Assembly: GCF_024521635.1 (NCBI RefSeq)
Contig: NW_026250417.1
Location: 186,001 to 250,000 of the forward strand
Direction of reading: 5' to 3'
DNA: 64,000 nucleotides
Source of the DNA: Tricharina praecox
Lineage: Eukaryota
Both the position numbers and the translations under genes were made by a program. Positions within the stretch are counted from its first letter, which is position 1; every line of letters begins with the position of its first letter. The notes beneath the pieces were generated by a model. The model made no database searches. It had not been told where the DNA came from and worked only from the letters and a program-made list of their open reading frames with translations. Of the stretch, positions 42,884 through 54,953 are shown piece after piece.

Positions 42884-44084
42884 GGTGTGTATGGTATCCG
42901 TCCTTGCTGCGTGCGTGCGGGGGGGCGGCGAGGGTTGGAAAGGTTCGGACAAGACAAGACGGGTCGCGCGCCTGCACCTGCAGATGATAACACGCCCCGC
43001 CAAACTCTTACCCCACCACTGCCAGGCCGCGCCACAGAGCCTCACTAGTTAACGAACTAGAGGCGTGCGAGTGAGTGCGGCCGGAGCGTTTCGGCGGGAG
43101 TGTTTCGCAGAGTACCCGCGGGAGATTGGCTTTTCGCTGCTCTGTGTACTCTAAGTACTCTGCTCACATACCTTCCCGGTTTTCTTCTGCTTGTTTGTGA
43201 AATCTTGATTCTTGGGATATGTATGGGCAGGTGGTACTGCACCGTACTGTACTGTACCACGCCATCAGTTTCGTCATGCAATAATTCATGTCCAGGGTGA
43301 ATGAATGGGGAAAGCCTGCCAGCCATCACCATTTCTGAACACTGGACACCCATACCAGCCTCCGGATTTCCATGACGGAGCGCTGCTCACCTCCTCCGCG
43401 CGAATTGTCACTCGGTCTGCGTTTATTAACCGAATCGTTTCCCCGAACTGTAGAGTGCCCATGCGGAAGAGATGCACGCCAGCCACCACCGCCGGCTATG
43501 ACAAAATGTCGATGAATCAAAATTCGAGAAATGAGAATTCGAGAAAAGTGGAATAAAACGGATAATCGACCGATTGGGAGCGAGAGTCAAGGGGATTGGG
43601 GGGTAAACAGATACCGACTGGTTGGCGCGGACTGGACGTCTGACATGGCCTGGCCTTGCACCTTGCTTTCCCTCTCTTGTGCGTTTTACCGAATTAGATA
43701 TCATCAATTCAACCACACCATCACCGCTGCCACTGCCACTGCCACCACCATTACAGTTGCTACCACCACCGCCAAAACAAGCATCCCAGTCCTCCCCTGC
43801 CCGGGTATTCCCATTCCACATGTAGACTATTTTATTATCATTATTGTGCGGATGACCGTTGCGTTTGGGGGGGGGCTGCTTCATGATGCCTGGCCTGGCC
43901 GCCTCCCACATACCCCGTTGCTTTCGCCCCATCCTGCCTGTTTCCATTCTGCCTCCCGCCTCATCCTCCTCCTCCTCCTCCTCCTCCTCCAGATGTCCCC
44001 GCGATCTCAGCGGCTAGGCTGAATAGTGCTCTGATCTCTCGACTACTACGACATTTTGAATTCTGACAGCGGAACGGACGGAAC

Positions 44085-45455
44085 ATGGGATCGCATCACT
44101 CGGTTCCACTCCTGGTCGACGACGGCGTTGGGGGCGGCGGTGGGGGGAACGAGAAACAAAAACGGAAGCCCGGAGATCGACGCGGGAGACTGACGAAGCC
44201 GCGGACCAACACCAACACGGAGTCGGGGCAGTGCCTACCGTTCGTGTCGAAGCTGGCCGCTCTAGGGGTACTCTCCTCACGGCGGCCCGCAACAGCGCCA
44301 GGATCAACAGCGGTCCGGCCGGACGACTTCCTTCCTCCTCCCCCGCTCCCAATCGCACCCACTCCTCCTCCGCGGGAAGCATATCGGACGGGACGACCGC
44401 GGCCCCTCAGCTACGGACTGTACCGAAAAGACTCGCTGCGGGGCGCCGACGATAATCTGCAGGCAGCCGTCCCGGACCTCAGCATGCCGCTCCGTCGGCG
44501 CTCCACGTTGCTGGCCGCGCCGCCCGCAACAATCTCGCGGAAGCCCCACCCACCCGCACCAGCGCCAGCGCCAGTGTTCGAGATCGACGAGGCACCCTCG
44601 CAGCAGCCGCCGATAACACTGCAAGCGTTGGATCTGGCCCTAGCCGTCAACGTGGTCGATCCGCGTAGCGGCACGCCCTCCGGCTACTCGGTACTAGGCA
44701 ATTTCAAGCGCGGGTCACTGCGCATCATGAACGGCAACGCGTCCCCGTCGCCGGCCCCGAGCCCCGCGCCAACGTCGCCGATGTTGACGGCTCAATTCCA
44801 CACCGGGGAAGTGCCGCCGCCCTCCATGCTGCTGGAGCAATACATCAATCCGCGGGATAGCATCCGGCTCATCCCGCCATCGCCAAGCCTGTATCCCAGT
44901 AGCAACCGCCTCAGTTTCGAGGACAGCCCGCTGCTGGAGTGGACAGAAGAGTACGGCTACGACTACATCGAGCCGCTGTCCCTCCCCGACCTCGCGGCAG
45001 AAACCACCGCCCCAACCCCGTTCGAGCGCTTCACCACCGCCACCACGGCATCACCGCAGCGACCCGTAATCCTGCAAACGCAAAGCCCGTACGACTCCGG
45101 CTACAGCTCCACGGACTCCACCACGTCATGGCGCACAGCGCAGGAGTCTCTAGCATACGCTCCCGAGCGAACCGCCACCATAGCCGCGCTCGAGGGCGGC
45201 CTCTTCGGCTCATCAGCGACGCTGAGAGAACGCAAGTCTTTCCCCGCACCGTCGCCGTCGCCCCTTCAGCGACAGCGGAACAAGCGCCCGGCTCCACGGC
45301 CAGAGATGTATGTCAATGCGTATCCTGGCGTCTCCCGCGCTAGCTCGTGCTCCGCCGCCGCCGCTGCCGCTGCGCCAGATACCCTCGAGAGGATCACCGG
45401 GCAGGAGTATTATCAGAGGTTCTCGAGGAGGAGGAATAGTACGCTGGTTACGTAG
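44085..45455 (+). CDS. Pro/Ser-rich hypothetical protein with possible N-myristoylation
   Basis: Uninterrupted 456-aa ORF; MGSHHS fits the MGxxxS pattern. Short conserved-looking islands: RLTKPRT, YSVLGNFKRGSLRIMNG and DSGYSS. Confidence 0.7.
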   Translation: MGSHHSVPLLVDDGVGGGGGGNEKQKRKPGDRRGRLTKPRTNTNTESGQCLPFVSKLAALGVLSSRRPATAPGSTAVRPDDFLPPPPLPIAPTPPPREAYRTGRPRPLSYGLYRKDSLRGADDNLQAAVPDLSMPLRRRSTLLAAPPATISRKPHPPAPAPAPVFEIDEAPSQQPPITLQALDLALAVNVVDPRSGTPSGYSVLGNFKRGSLRIMNGNASPSPAPSPAPTSPMLTAQFHTGEVPPPSMLLEQYINPRDSIRLIPPSPSLYPSSNRLSFEDSPLLEWTEEYGYDYIEPLSLPDLAAETTAPTPFERFTTATTASPQRPVILQTQSPYDSGYSSTDSTTSWRTAQESLAYAPERTATIAALEGGLFGSSATLRERKSFPAPSPSPLQRQRNKRPAPRPEMYVNAYPGVSRASSCSAAAAAAAPDTLERITGQEYYQRFSRRRNSTLVT

Positions 45456-48400
45456 AGGACTGGAGTTTTCGTTTGTATTTACTTTAGCTTTTACATCTTT
45501 GTTTTTGCGGCGTTGGGTAGTTAGGCGTTGGTTGAGTTGATTGAGTTGACCTTGGGACTGGAATTTTTATATAATCGCGATGGATTGGATTTGGATTTTT
45601 GGTGGGGTTTTTGGTGGGAGCAGGTATTTTTCCTTCTTTCCTTTTCTCTTTTTGGACATGATGAAATGTGTGGATGTGGAAGTGGATGGCGGATGCGGGA
45701 TGCGGACTGACGTCAGTGGAATGGATGGAATGGATGGATGAGATCTACGCATGATGATGATGACGATGATATGATATTTTGCCCGTTGTATGTATCGTAC
45801 CAGTACTGAGTAGAGTACTACATATGATGGTCCACTTGCAGCCGAGATCTCCGAAAGCTTGCGTCGTACGGAGTAGAGTAGAGTGCTTGCGGATTTGCTG
45901 CATGGCGGGATGACGAAACGTATCGACGTTAACTTTACTTTGCTTTGCTTTCTTGGTTTGTGAAGGTGGATGTGAAGATGGAGGTGGTGGTAGTGGTTTT
46001 TTTGTTTGGTCATCGTAGCATTCTTATCAGATCATGGCTGTAGAGTACACACGTCCGGTTCCACACCACTGCACGGTCTCCGACCGCTGGCCGCGAGCTC
46101 GAGGTGGGTTCCCCGTTGCTGGGGGAAAATGGCGGAGCTTGGGCGGCCAAGGGCGCCGGGCGGGGTGGGGAGGTGTGTGGGGGTAACTATGCGGGCAAGT
46201 GGCTGGTGACTTGCTGAGGAAGTGTGTGGAGTGCGTGCGTAAGTACACTGCGTACTCGTGTGATCGCCTACTCTACATCTTACCCACACACACCGGTGAC
46301 CGGTATGATACCGAAATCGATCACTGAACCAACCGCCATCCTGGACTGGACTGGATGCTTGGCGGCAAATACCGAAGTACTTACCGACCTCAGACAACGG
46401 AGTGGGGAGTTCTCGGAATCTCGGGGGTGAGGGATGCGTGGTGCGGATCACCCGTTCACAACTGGCGATTCGGACGGAGATCGAGGGCGGGGATGGAGGG
46501 TGGGGATGGGGTTTTGAGTGTATGTAGATAGGTATCTAACGGTTGTTTAAAGTTTTGAAGTGGGGGGCGGACTGCTGCAGCCTGCAGGGCTGAGGACTCA
46601 GCAGATGTTAATGGCACGTCAATTGGTCCATGACTCTAGTCATGCGGTCGTCAAGCATTTCATTTAGTCAGGCGGAGACGATGATCGTATGTACTGTACC
46701 GTACGTACTCCGAGATCAGCCGTAACTACCGTACCTCATTCCGTTCATGCGCCCATATACTCATCCCACTCATCCCACTCATCCCACTCATGCTTCCCCG
46801 TCCCGTCCTAACTATCCGAACTGCGTGAACCCCGCCCGTTCTCAGCCCAGCCAGCCCCGCCCCGCACCAGCCCCCGCACCAGCCCCCGCACCGCCTTATC
46901 TCAGCCCCGCACCATCTCAGCCCACAGTCATCCGGCATGCGGACTCGTCACCTTTCGACCTTTCAAACGCCCTGCTTCGAAAAACGAACCATGACCGACA
47001 GCGGCCCCGAGAATCGGCATTAAGTAAGTAAACGCTTGCGCACCCAGCTGACGTCCGGAGGCTCACGTATGTACACTGTACAGCGACAGGTGTGTCCCGC
47101 TATGTAGAAGAGTAAGTGGTTGGGGAGACGGTGCTCCCAGACAGTCGGGAATTCTAGGATATATGTTTAGGTAGCTTGATGCGGTACCGCAGACGGTTGG
47201 CGTATGTACACATGTAGACTGTCACTTTCAGAGAGGAAGGTGACAATCATCTGTTACCTAACTTGAGTGGTCTGAAGGCTGAAGCTTTTTTGAAGTTCCG
47301 TTCCCCCATGCGATGGCGTTGCAGGTACAAACGTTGATCCTCCCGTCCCCGGTGAAAGATCGACTCGCGAACGTACCATAGACTGGGGAAACAGCCGGAG
47401 TAGTGTATAGTAGGTATCCTAAATGATGGCAGTGTGTATTATAACTCTGGTCAGCAGTTAGATAACGGGGGCGGGGGGGAGGAGGTTCAACGCAACCTCC
47501 GCGTCGTAGCACCTATTCCGGTCCCAGTCTCTCAAAACTCCTCGAGCCATTTTGCTTTGCTTGTTTGTCCTGGGTGTGCTCAAGCTCGACAGTCGACTCG
47601 GCCGACCAGTTCCGATATCGCATTCGGCCTCCGAATCGAGACGAGAGGATACGATGCCAGGCGAAACTGCCGGCCGCGCGTTTTCTACTTTGTTGAGGGG
47701 ATAGGGATCAGGAAAACTGCTGCGGACATCGAGATTCGAGACAGATGCGGTGGATGCATGAGTAAGTACTATACATTATGTAAGTAAGAAGTGTGTAAGT
47801 ACATGACATGTACTCGCTTATGAGGGACGAATAATGCGCTCACGGGGCTGGAGACTCAGATATATAAGCTGACATAATTTCTCAGCTGGTGATATGTTCT
47901 TGCATAAGGTTATATAGCATCCACGACATTCTCACGACCGCAGAACGCAGAACATTTGATGATCATGCGGAGAGTATCGACTATGGTCATTCTTACTTAC
48001 CTCCTGGTAGTTTCCTAGATGCTCATCGGTGCACCGCTGATTATCGTGCCGAGCAGTGATTTTTGTTGGTATATACGGTATGAACTGTAGATGGAGAAGA
48101 GCTCAACGGAGCCGACACGGCGGAACGACGAGATGACGAGGCTCTTTGCTAAGCGAAGACGGTGCTGTAGTGAAAGCTCTAGTTACTTGGCACGTGCTAA
48201 ACAAATCTACGGCACAATGGTGACACTGTATAATTGTCAAAACTAATCTGCCTGTTTCGATTACCTTACATACTTAGGAGGTATGTAGATGACTTCAAAC
48301 TTCAAACTTTAAAGGAGGTATCCGGATTTAAAAATACCATGTGGCGAATGATGGGAATTGGGAACAATATTCGGAATAATGTTCCGCCGAGGGCTAGAGC

Positions 48401-48849
48401 TAGAGCGTGGCTGTTATGGACATTGTGGGATAGAATTTCCAAGATCATGAAATTCATCACTCCCGTTTGAGGAACGATAGGTACTACTAGAGCACCTGAG
48501 GGTAGCTCGGTCCGATTCACCTGGCCTTTGCTATGCATATCCGCCGAGCCCGGCCAGTCAAGGCTTTTGGGAACACGATATCGGGCCGTGATTACCGCGG
48601 TTCCGAAGTTCGACGGGAGATCTAATCAGAGAACCGCCTCCATTCCGTATATACCGGTAGAATGTAGTTCTTCAACGGTGCGGCCTCATGTTGCATCACT
48701 CGTCGCAAGTAGCTAAGCTTTCGGTGCTCCGGTCGCGCCAAGCCACTAACCGGCCGGACCAGCAACTAGACTAGCGCATTCAGAGCTCCTACATCGGTGA
48801 AGACCTTCAGGAGTGTTGCAACCTCTCTGCAGTGACCATTTCAAGCTCA

Positions 48850-51800
48850 ATGGCAGTTCGCATCCTCCACAACGACTACCCACACCGGTCCGTCGCGCTC
48901 GTCAGTCCATCCTACACACTCGTCTTCCACCATTCCAGCGGGAACACCAAAACCTCGGAGTCCAAATGCGCCGTCGAGTTCTCCGCGACGGAGAATGTCG
49001 ACCTGGCGGACTATAATGTCCTCTCAAACCAGCCGTGTCTGGGATGCCTCGGTATCATCAATATCGGACGGGATACGTTCCTGTGCACCATTTCGCTGTC
49101 GAGAGAGGTCGCGCAGGTCCGCCCGGGGGAGATGGTGTATCGGATCCTGGGGATCGAGTTTCGTATGTGAATGCTCGTGGAATGGGCGGGACGGAAGACC
49201 GGGGGTGAGGGCTAAACGTGTACGGATGGCCAGACTGTCTCAACCGCAGCGACTACGACAATTTCCTCGAGAACGAGATCAATCCGTATCCGGTCGAGAG
49301 CGACGGCTGGGACCAGGGGCGATCGCAGCAGCCGATAGGTGTCGAGCACCCATGTCTCGCCTTGAAAAAACTCCTCAGCGACGGAACGTTCTACTACTCT
49401 GGCGACTTCGACCTGACCAGTCGCCTACAGGACCGCTCGATCTCGCTCGATGACTTCGATATCGGCTCGTTTGATCCCGGGTTCATGTGGAATTCCCACA
49501 TGATTGGGTCGCTGCTGCAGTTTCGCTCGCATCTGGGTGATGAGGAGAAGGGCAGGCTGGATCATGCCGGCTTTTTGACGTGTGTGATTAGAGGGTTTGT
49601 GGAAAGTCTTACCATTCAGCGGCCGACCACTAGGATGGAGGGTAGGAGCCGGGCGACCGGGCTTCCAGCAAGGTTGACGTTGATTTCGAGACTGAGTTGT
49701 CGGAGAGCCGGGACGAGGTTCAATGCGCGCGGCATTGACGACGACGGTAATGTAGCGAATTTTGTCGAGACTGAGACGGTGATATGGAATCCGTCTTCCG
49801 GCCACCCGGCACGGGCCGTCGCATTCAGTTACTGCCAGATCCGCGGGAGCATACCGATATTCTGGGAGCAGCAGACGGGGATCTTGCCGAATCAGCAGAA
49901 AATACAGATCACGCGATCACCGGAGGCGACGCAGCCGGCGTTCGATAAACACATTGAGGGGGTGATACTGAAATATGGTTCTGCACATATCGTAGATCTC
50001 CTTTCGGAGACCAAATCCGGCGAGATCGAGCTGTCGACTAGATATAGACTGCACACCCAACACGTGTGCGGTCGCGGGAATGACAAAACTATCCGGGATC
50101 TACTGCGTAGCACTGAGTATGACTTCCATGCACAAACCAAGGGGCCGGCTGGGTACGAAGCGGCCAGTCAGATCCGAAGGATTGTGGAGGACTCCTCGGA
50201 TGCGTTTGGATACTTCCTGATGGAGGGTGCGTCCGAGGGCGAGGATGATCCGAAGGGAAGCTTCGTCGTCGTGTTGCAGCAGGAGGGTGTCTTCAGAACC
50301 AACTGCCTGGACTGCCTGGACCGCACAAATCTGGTCCAGGGAATACTGAGCAAGTCGGCCGTGGAGGCGTTCTTACAGCAGCGCGCGGAGGTCGTGGGTC
50401 ATGACTTTTGGATGCAGCATTCGACGCTGTGGGCCGATAATGGTGATGTTAGTTTCCTCCACTCCCTCCTCTTCGAAGCAGCAGTTGATGGGAATGAATA
50501 CGAAAGGCACTCTCCAAGATCTACGCCGGCACCGGTGCCCTCAAGTCGAGTTTCACCAGGACGGGGAAGATGAGTCTTGCGGGAGCTTTCGCGGATGCCC
50601 GGAAAAGTGCCACGCGCGTGTATATCAATAATTTTGCAGACAAAGATAGACAGAATACCATTGATGTTCTACTGGTATGGGTCCACAAGTGATAGAATTT
50701 GGAAACGCATTATTCTTTTTTTGCTTACTTTTGGCCCCGGTTTGGTTGTGTAGGGTAGACTTGTGGGCCAGGAACCGGTGTCTCTATATGATCCGGCGAA
50801 TGACTATGTCACCGCGGAGTTGAATAAGAGGTTGATCCTTCTACATCTGCACGCTGGAGCGTATCTGATACGGACGAAATAGATCCTCCGAATTCACCAC
50901 CGAACTGCCGGTCCACATCTACGCCGGCACCTTCAACCTCAACGGCAAGACCACCGGCATAGACCATGACCTGACAGAATGGCTCCGCCCGCCGTTTCTC
51001 AGCGACGTGGAAAAGAAGCCAGAGCTGGTCGTCGTGGGCTTCCAGGAAATCGTCGAATTGAGTCCGCAGCAGATCATGGCTACTGATCCCGCCAGAAGAA
51101 AGCTGTGGGAAACAGCCCTGCTTAAGTGTCTCAACCGGGATAACGATGATCCGTATATCCTGCTGCGAGGTGGACAGCTGGTTGGTGCGGCGCTGCTGAT
51201 TTTTGTGCGCTCGTCGGTTATTGGGGAGATCAAGAACGTGGAAGGGAGCTTGAAGAAGGTACGCATTTTGCCGTGAGGGTTCCAATGATGAGTGCTGACA
51301 GATTTATGGACCGGCCTGTCCGGCAACGCGGGCAACAAAGGTGCCGTCGCGATTCGGATGGAATACGCCAGCACTCGCCTCTGCTTCGTAACCGCGCATC
51401 TCGCCGCGGGCTTTTCCAACTACGACGAGCGGAACAAAGACTACGCCACGATCGCCAACGGACTCCGCTTCCAGCGAGGCCGCAAGATCGAAGACCACGA
51501 TGCCGTCATTTGGCTGGGCGACTTCAATTACCGCATTGGACTCCCTGATGAGAAAGTCCGGAAGCTCGTCGAGATAGGCGATCTGCAGACGCTTTACGAT
51601 AACGATCAGTTGCAGAATGCGATGGTTGCGGGATTGACATTCCCATACTATACGGAAAGCAGGATCAATTTCGATCCTACGTATAAATATGATATCGGTA
51701 GCGATGATTATGATACCTCGTTTGTTGCCCTGCGCCTTACTCCCGCAGTCAATGGCTGATATCTTTGCCAGTGAAAAACGCCGAATCCCAGCCTGGTGTG

Positions 51801-52707
51801 ACCGCATCTTGTGGAAAGGAAAAGGACTGGAGCAATTGACGTACGGCTGCGCCTCAACAATAAGATTTTCCGACCACCGCCCCGTGTTTGCAACGTTCAA
51901 ATGCACGGTATCAGTCGTCAATGACATAGTCCAGACACAGCGGAGTAGGGAGTTGTACCTGAAGTACCAGGCAGGCAAAAAAAGTGGTGGTGTAGAGGTG
52001 GAGGATTCGCTGCTAGATGATGAAGAGGACGATCTCCTCGACTTTCAGCCGTTGGCGCCTGGGTGTATGCCTCCCCTCTCCTCTCCTCCAAGTCGATGGT
52101 AGCTAAAGATGTGCTCGCAGTACCTCCGCCGAGTTCCGAAAAGCAAAAATGGTGGCTCAACAATGGTCTCCCCGCAAAATCCACCGTCGCCCCACCGCAA
52201 GGAACGGTCCCGAATCCGCACCGCCCACCCAACCCCTTCACAGAGACGGCAGAGCCCGACTGGGTCAAGATCGACTCCGCCTCCATCAAAAAGCCTGTCG
52301 CGCCGCTTCCCCCGCCCACAAGAAAACTCCCGCCACCCTACGACCCCTCCGCACTTCCCACCCTCGGTGGTGGTGGGACGGGAAGGCACACATCCAATTC
52401 CTCCGTCTCCAGCAGTAGTGCGGGTAAATCCTCAAAACCGCCGATCCCGCAGAAGCCGTCGGTGTTGCGACGGAAGAGCTTTGAGGGGAAGAACCACAGC
52501 TTCGACGGTGGAGCGGGAGGGATTGGCGAGAGAGATATTTACCCGCCCCCACCCCCGAGGAGGGTCATGACTATAGGCATGGAACCGCCGCCAAGCGTGA
52601 AGAGGAAACCGCTGCCGCCACCGGGGCTCCCGCCAAGGCCGAGTGTGGATCTCATGGGTGGCGAGGAGCCGATGATCGGAGGCTGGGAGCCGCTGAAACC
52701 GTCATGA
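48850..52707 (+). CDS. INP53: Synaptojanin-like phosphoinositide phosphatase (SAC1 domain, inositol 5-phosphatase, Pro-rich tail), 8 exons
   Basis: RAGTRFNARGIDDDGNVANFVETE, RTNCLDCLDRTN (SAC catalytic motif), GFQEIVEL, WLGDFNYRI, PAWCDRIL and SDHRPV. One intron has an anomalous acceptor (see findings). Confidence 0.92.
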
Positions 52708-53688
52708 TTGGCAGTTGGCAGTTGGTTGTAAGGTGTCGTTGCTTTGAGCGTGAGTGCGTTTTTGTATGGTATGGCAATTGTGGATGGCACGTAGCTAGGC
52801 TTAAGATGGTCTGATTGAGATATACACGTGGCAACACCTGGGTTTCGGTTTGATTGCAGGGAGCTAGAGTCTGGAGATAATCATGCCCGTCCGCTTTGCC
52901 GTAGTGAGGTCTTGAATCAAAATTCACAATACCGAACGCCGAAAGATCCGCTGATCCTCCGTAGAGACTCGATCCTCGATGCGCAATCAACAGCTTAGCC
53001 TGGAGCTTTGCTGTTCCGTAACCCCGTAACCCCATGTCAAGGTATGCAAGTGTGGAGAGGGGAAGCTGCGGGAGTGATGTGGTTTATATATTGCCGTTCC
53101 GGAAGGACATTGTAACATGAAAGGATTAGCAGTTCGACATGGCATGTCACTCGGTACAGAATTTCGAGGCCGAATTTTTTAGCAGATGGCAGAAATGGAG
53201 AGAAATGTGCAGCAGCTTGCGCATAGATATCCAACAGCTGTCAATACTGCCTTGTGCTATGGGATGCAGAGCGGCAACCGGCTTCCCAGTGGGTAGAGGA
53301 GCAAGTCGGTGGTCACCTCGGACCCCCAAAATAGGGAGTCAGTCACGACCCCCAAGGGTTCGGAGTCATCAGTCCTTGAGGTCAAGGCACCCGAGGGGAG
53401 AGCAACGGCCAAGGTAAGCACGGTGAACCAGCTGCCGAGGTGGATGAGTGCACATGCTGAGGTTGGAGATTGTGTTGTGGACACAGGCAAGTAGATTCTG
53501 TTGAGGGTGTCGGGAGAAAGCGTGTGAGCAAGCGTGCGGTCGGACCCACACCGCACCCGACTCGCACGTGTCTTGAAGTCGGCCGGCGAGCTTCGATTCT
53601 CACCTACCCTCGTTCCCAGCCCTAAGCCCCCAGTCAGCTAGCTACTTCCCGTCGGCGAAATCGGCCCCCCTAGAACACCTAGAACACC

Positions 53689-53695
53689 TATAAAA
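53689..53695 (+). promoter_or_regulatory. TATA box of U1 copy A
   Basis: TATAAAA about 52 nt upstream of ATACTTACCT, followed by a C/T-rich spacer. Confidence 0.7.
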
Positions 53696-53740
53696 CCCCC
53701 CGTCCCCACCCACCCTTCCTCCTCTTTTCTTTTCTTCTTC

Positions 53741-53895
53741 ATACTTACCTTGATGCGACTTTGCTGGCTCATCGATCAGTAAAGCTCCAGGGATAAGGTT
53801 CTCATTGCACAGCGAGAATCGAGTCTCTGCGAATGATCTTAGGGTCTTTCGGCATCGCAATTTTTGATTTCTTCCTTTTTTGATGAAGGCGTTTT
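53741..53895 (+). ncRNA. U1: U1 snRNA, copy A
   Basis: 5' ATACTTACCT; helix H GATGC/GCATC; stem I CTTTGCTG/CAGTAAAG; stem II with ATTGCAC loop; stem III; Sm site AATTTTTG at 53859-53866. The 3' end is approximate. Confidence 0.88.
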
Positions 53896-54145
53896 CCATC
53901 GGTTACTTGGGTGCTCTGTGAGGCCGAGGTGGCGAAGGAGGATGGTATGGAGGATCTGCGGCATGGCGTATGGAAGTTGTACATACTGTGAGTAAACCCA
54001 ATACAGCGCAAGCACAGTGTAAAGAAATATTCATGGTCCCAAACTTCATGGCTTACATCCATCCCATCCCGTCAGCTGTCGTATCAGGACACCCGATGCG
54101 ATCTTTCTTGCAGCCATCATATGTACCGTAGTTTACAATAAAGAC

Positions 54146-54411
54146 GCAGACGAGCGGTACAGCCAGGGCGCAGGCCATCCTAGATTTCCTCTCATCCACT
54201 GATGTGGGCAGACGGATCCCAGAGGTCGCTGAGGAAGGTGCAGCATGTGAGGTGTCCGAGTGGGAGCCCGGGGAGAGGGAAGAGAGGGAGGCGGAGCTGC
54301 GGCGAGCGGAGCTGCGGCGAGAGGAGGAGGAGGATGCTGAGGTCGAGGAACCGCGATCACTCCCGCTGTTCCTCCCCACACCCTCTTCTATGGCGTCTCC
54401 TGATGAAGTAG
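54146..54411 (+). mobile_element. 5'-truncated, frameshifted 3' remnant of a non-LTR (LINE-like) retrotransposon ORF2
   Basis: Translates as ADERYSQ/QAILDFLSSTDVGRRIP..EVSEWE..ERE..LPLFLPTPSSMAS. From memory, this resembles the C-terminal tail of fungal non-LTR ORF2 proteins. A small insertion near 54167 breaks the frame. Confidence 0.55.
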
Positions 54412-54604
54412 CAGGGGGCAGGCGGGGGAAGCCACGTCGGGCCGCTTGACGAAAGCCGGGTTGGACAGTGGTGTGGAAACGGAGTGTGTACGGGCGGATA
54501 TTACCATGACCTGTCTCCGGAGCAAGAGGGAGTCCTGATCGATGTAACACATTTTCTTCGAAGTCTCGGCCTTCTGAGGAGAGAGCCCAGCACCATCAAC
54601 GAAA

Positions 54605-54759
54605 ACGCCTTCATCAGAGCGGGGGAAGAAATCAAAAATTGCGACGCCGAAAGGCCCGAAGACCTTTCGCAGAGACACTCGACCCTCGCTGTGCAATGAG
54701 GGGGTGTCTCTGGAGCTTTGCTGATTGTTGAGCCAACAAAGCCGCATCAAGGTAAGTAT
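54605..54759 (-). ncRNA. U1: U1 snRNA, copy B
   Basis: Reverse complement reads ATACTTACCTTGATGCG GCTTTGTTG-loop-CAGCAAAGC, CAGAGACAC..CCCTC ATTGCACAGC GAGGG..GTGTCTCTG, GAAAGGTC-TTCG-GGCCTTTC, then GCGTC and Sm site AATTTTTG (54640-54633). Confidence 0.9.
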
Positions 54760-54797
54760 AAAGAAGAAAAGGAAACGGTGGGTGGGGGGAAGGGGGC

Positions 54798-54909
54798 TTT
54801 TATAGGGGTTTTTGCTGGCTAGTTTGGCGACACTGCGTGTCACTCGGTCAAAAACCCTGGCTAGCTACTTCCCGTCGGCGAAATCGACCCCCCTAGAACA
54901 CCTATAAAA
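54798..54909. promoter_or_regulatory. Back-to-back TATA boxes of the divergently transcribed U1 copies B and C
   Basis: TATAAAA on the minus strand at 54804-54798 and on the plus strand at 54903-54909. Confidence 0.7.
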
Positions 54910-54953
54910 CCCCCCGTCCCCGCCCCCCCTTTCTCCTCTTTCCTTTCTTCTTC

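Noticed and set aside
41650..43045. Programmed +1 frameshift as in yeast ABP140, or a non-AUG N-terminal extension of TRM140
   Set aside because: A normal GT-AG intron joins the frames. The upstream open frame has no support beyond lacking stops.
45500..48800. Long gene-free interval with short ORFs
   Set aside because: Only microsatellites and motif-free ORFs were seen; no element ends were identified.
53355..53375. CTGATGA..GAA on the minus strand, resembling a hammerhead core
   Set aside because: There is no stem II and no GAAA or cleavage-site arrangement.
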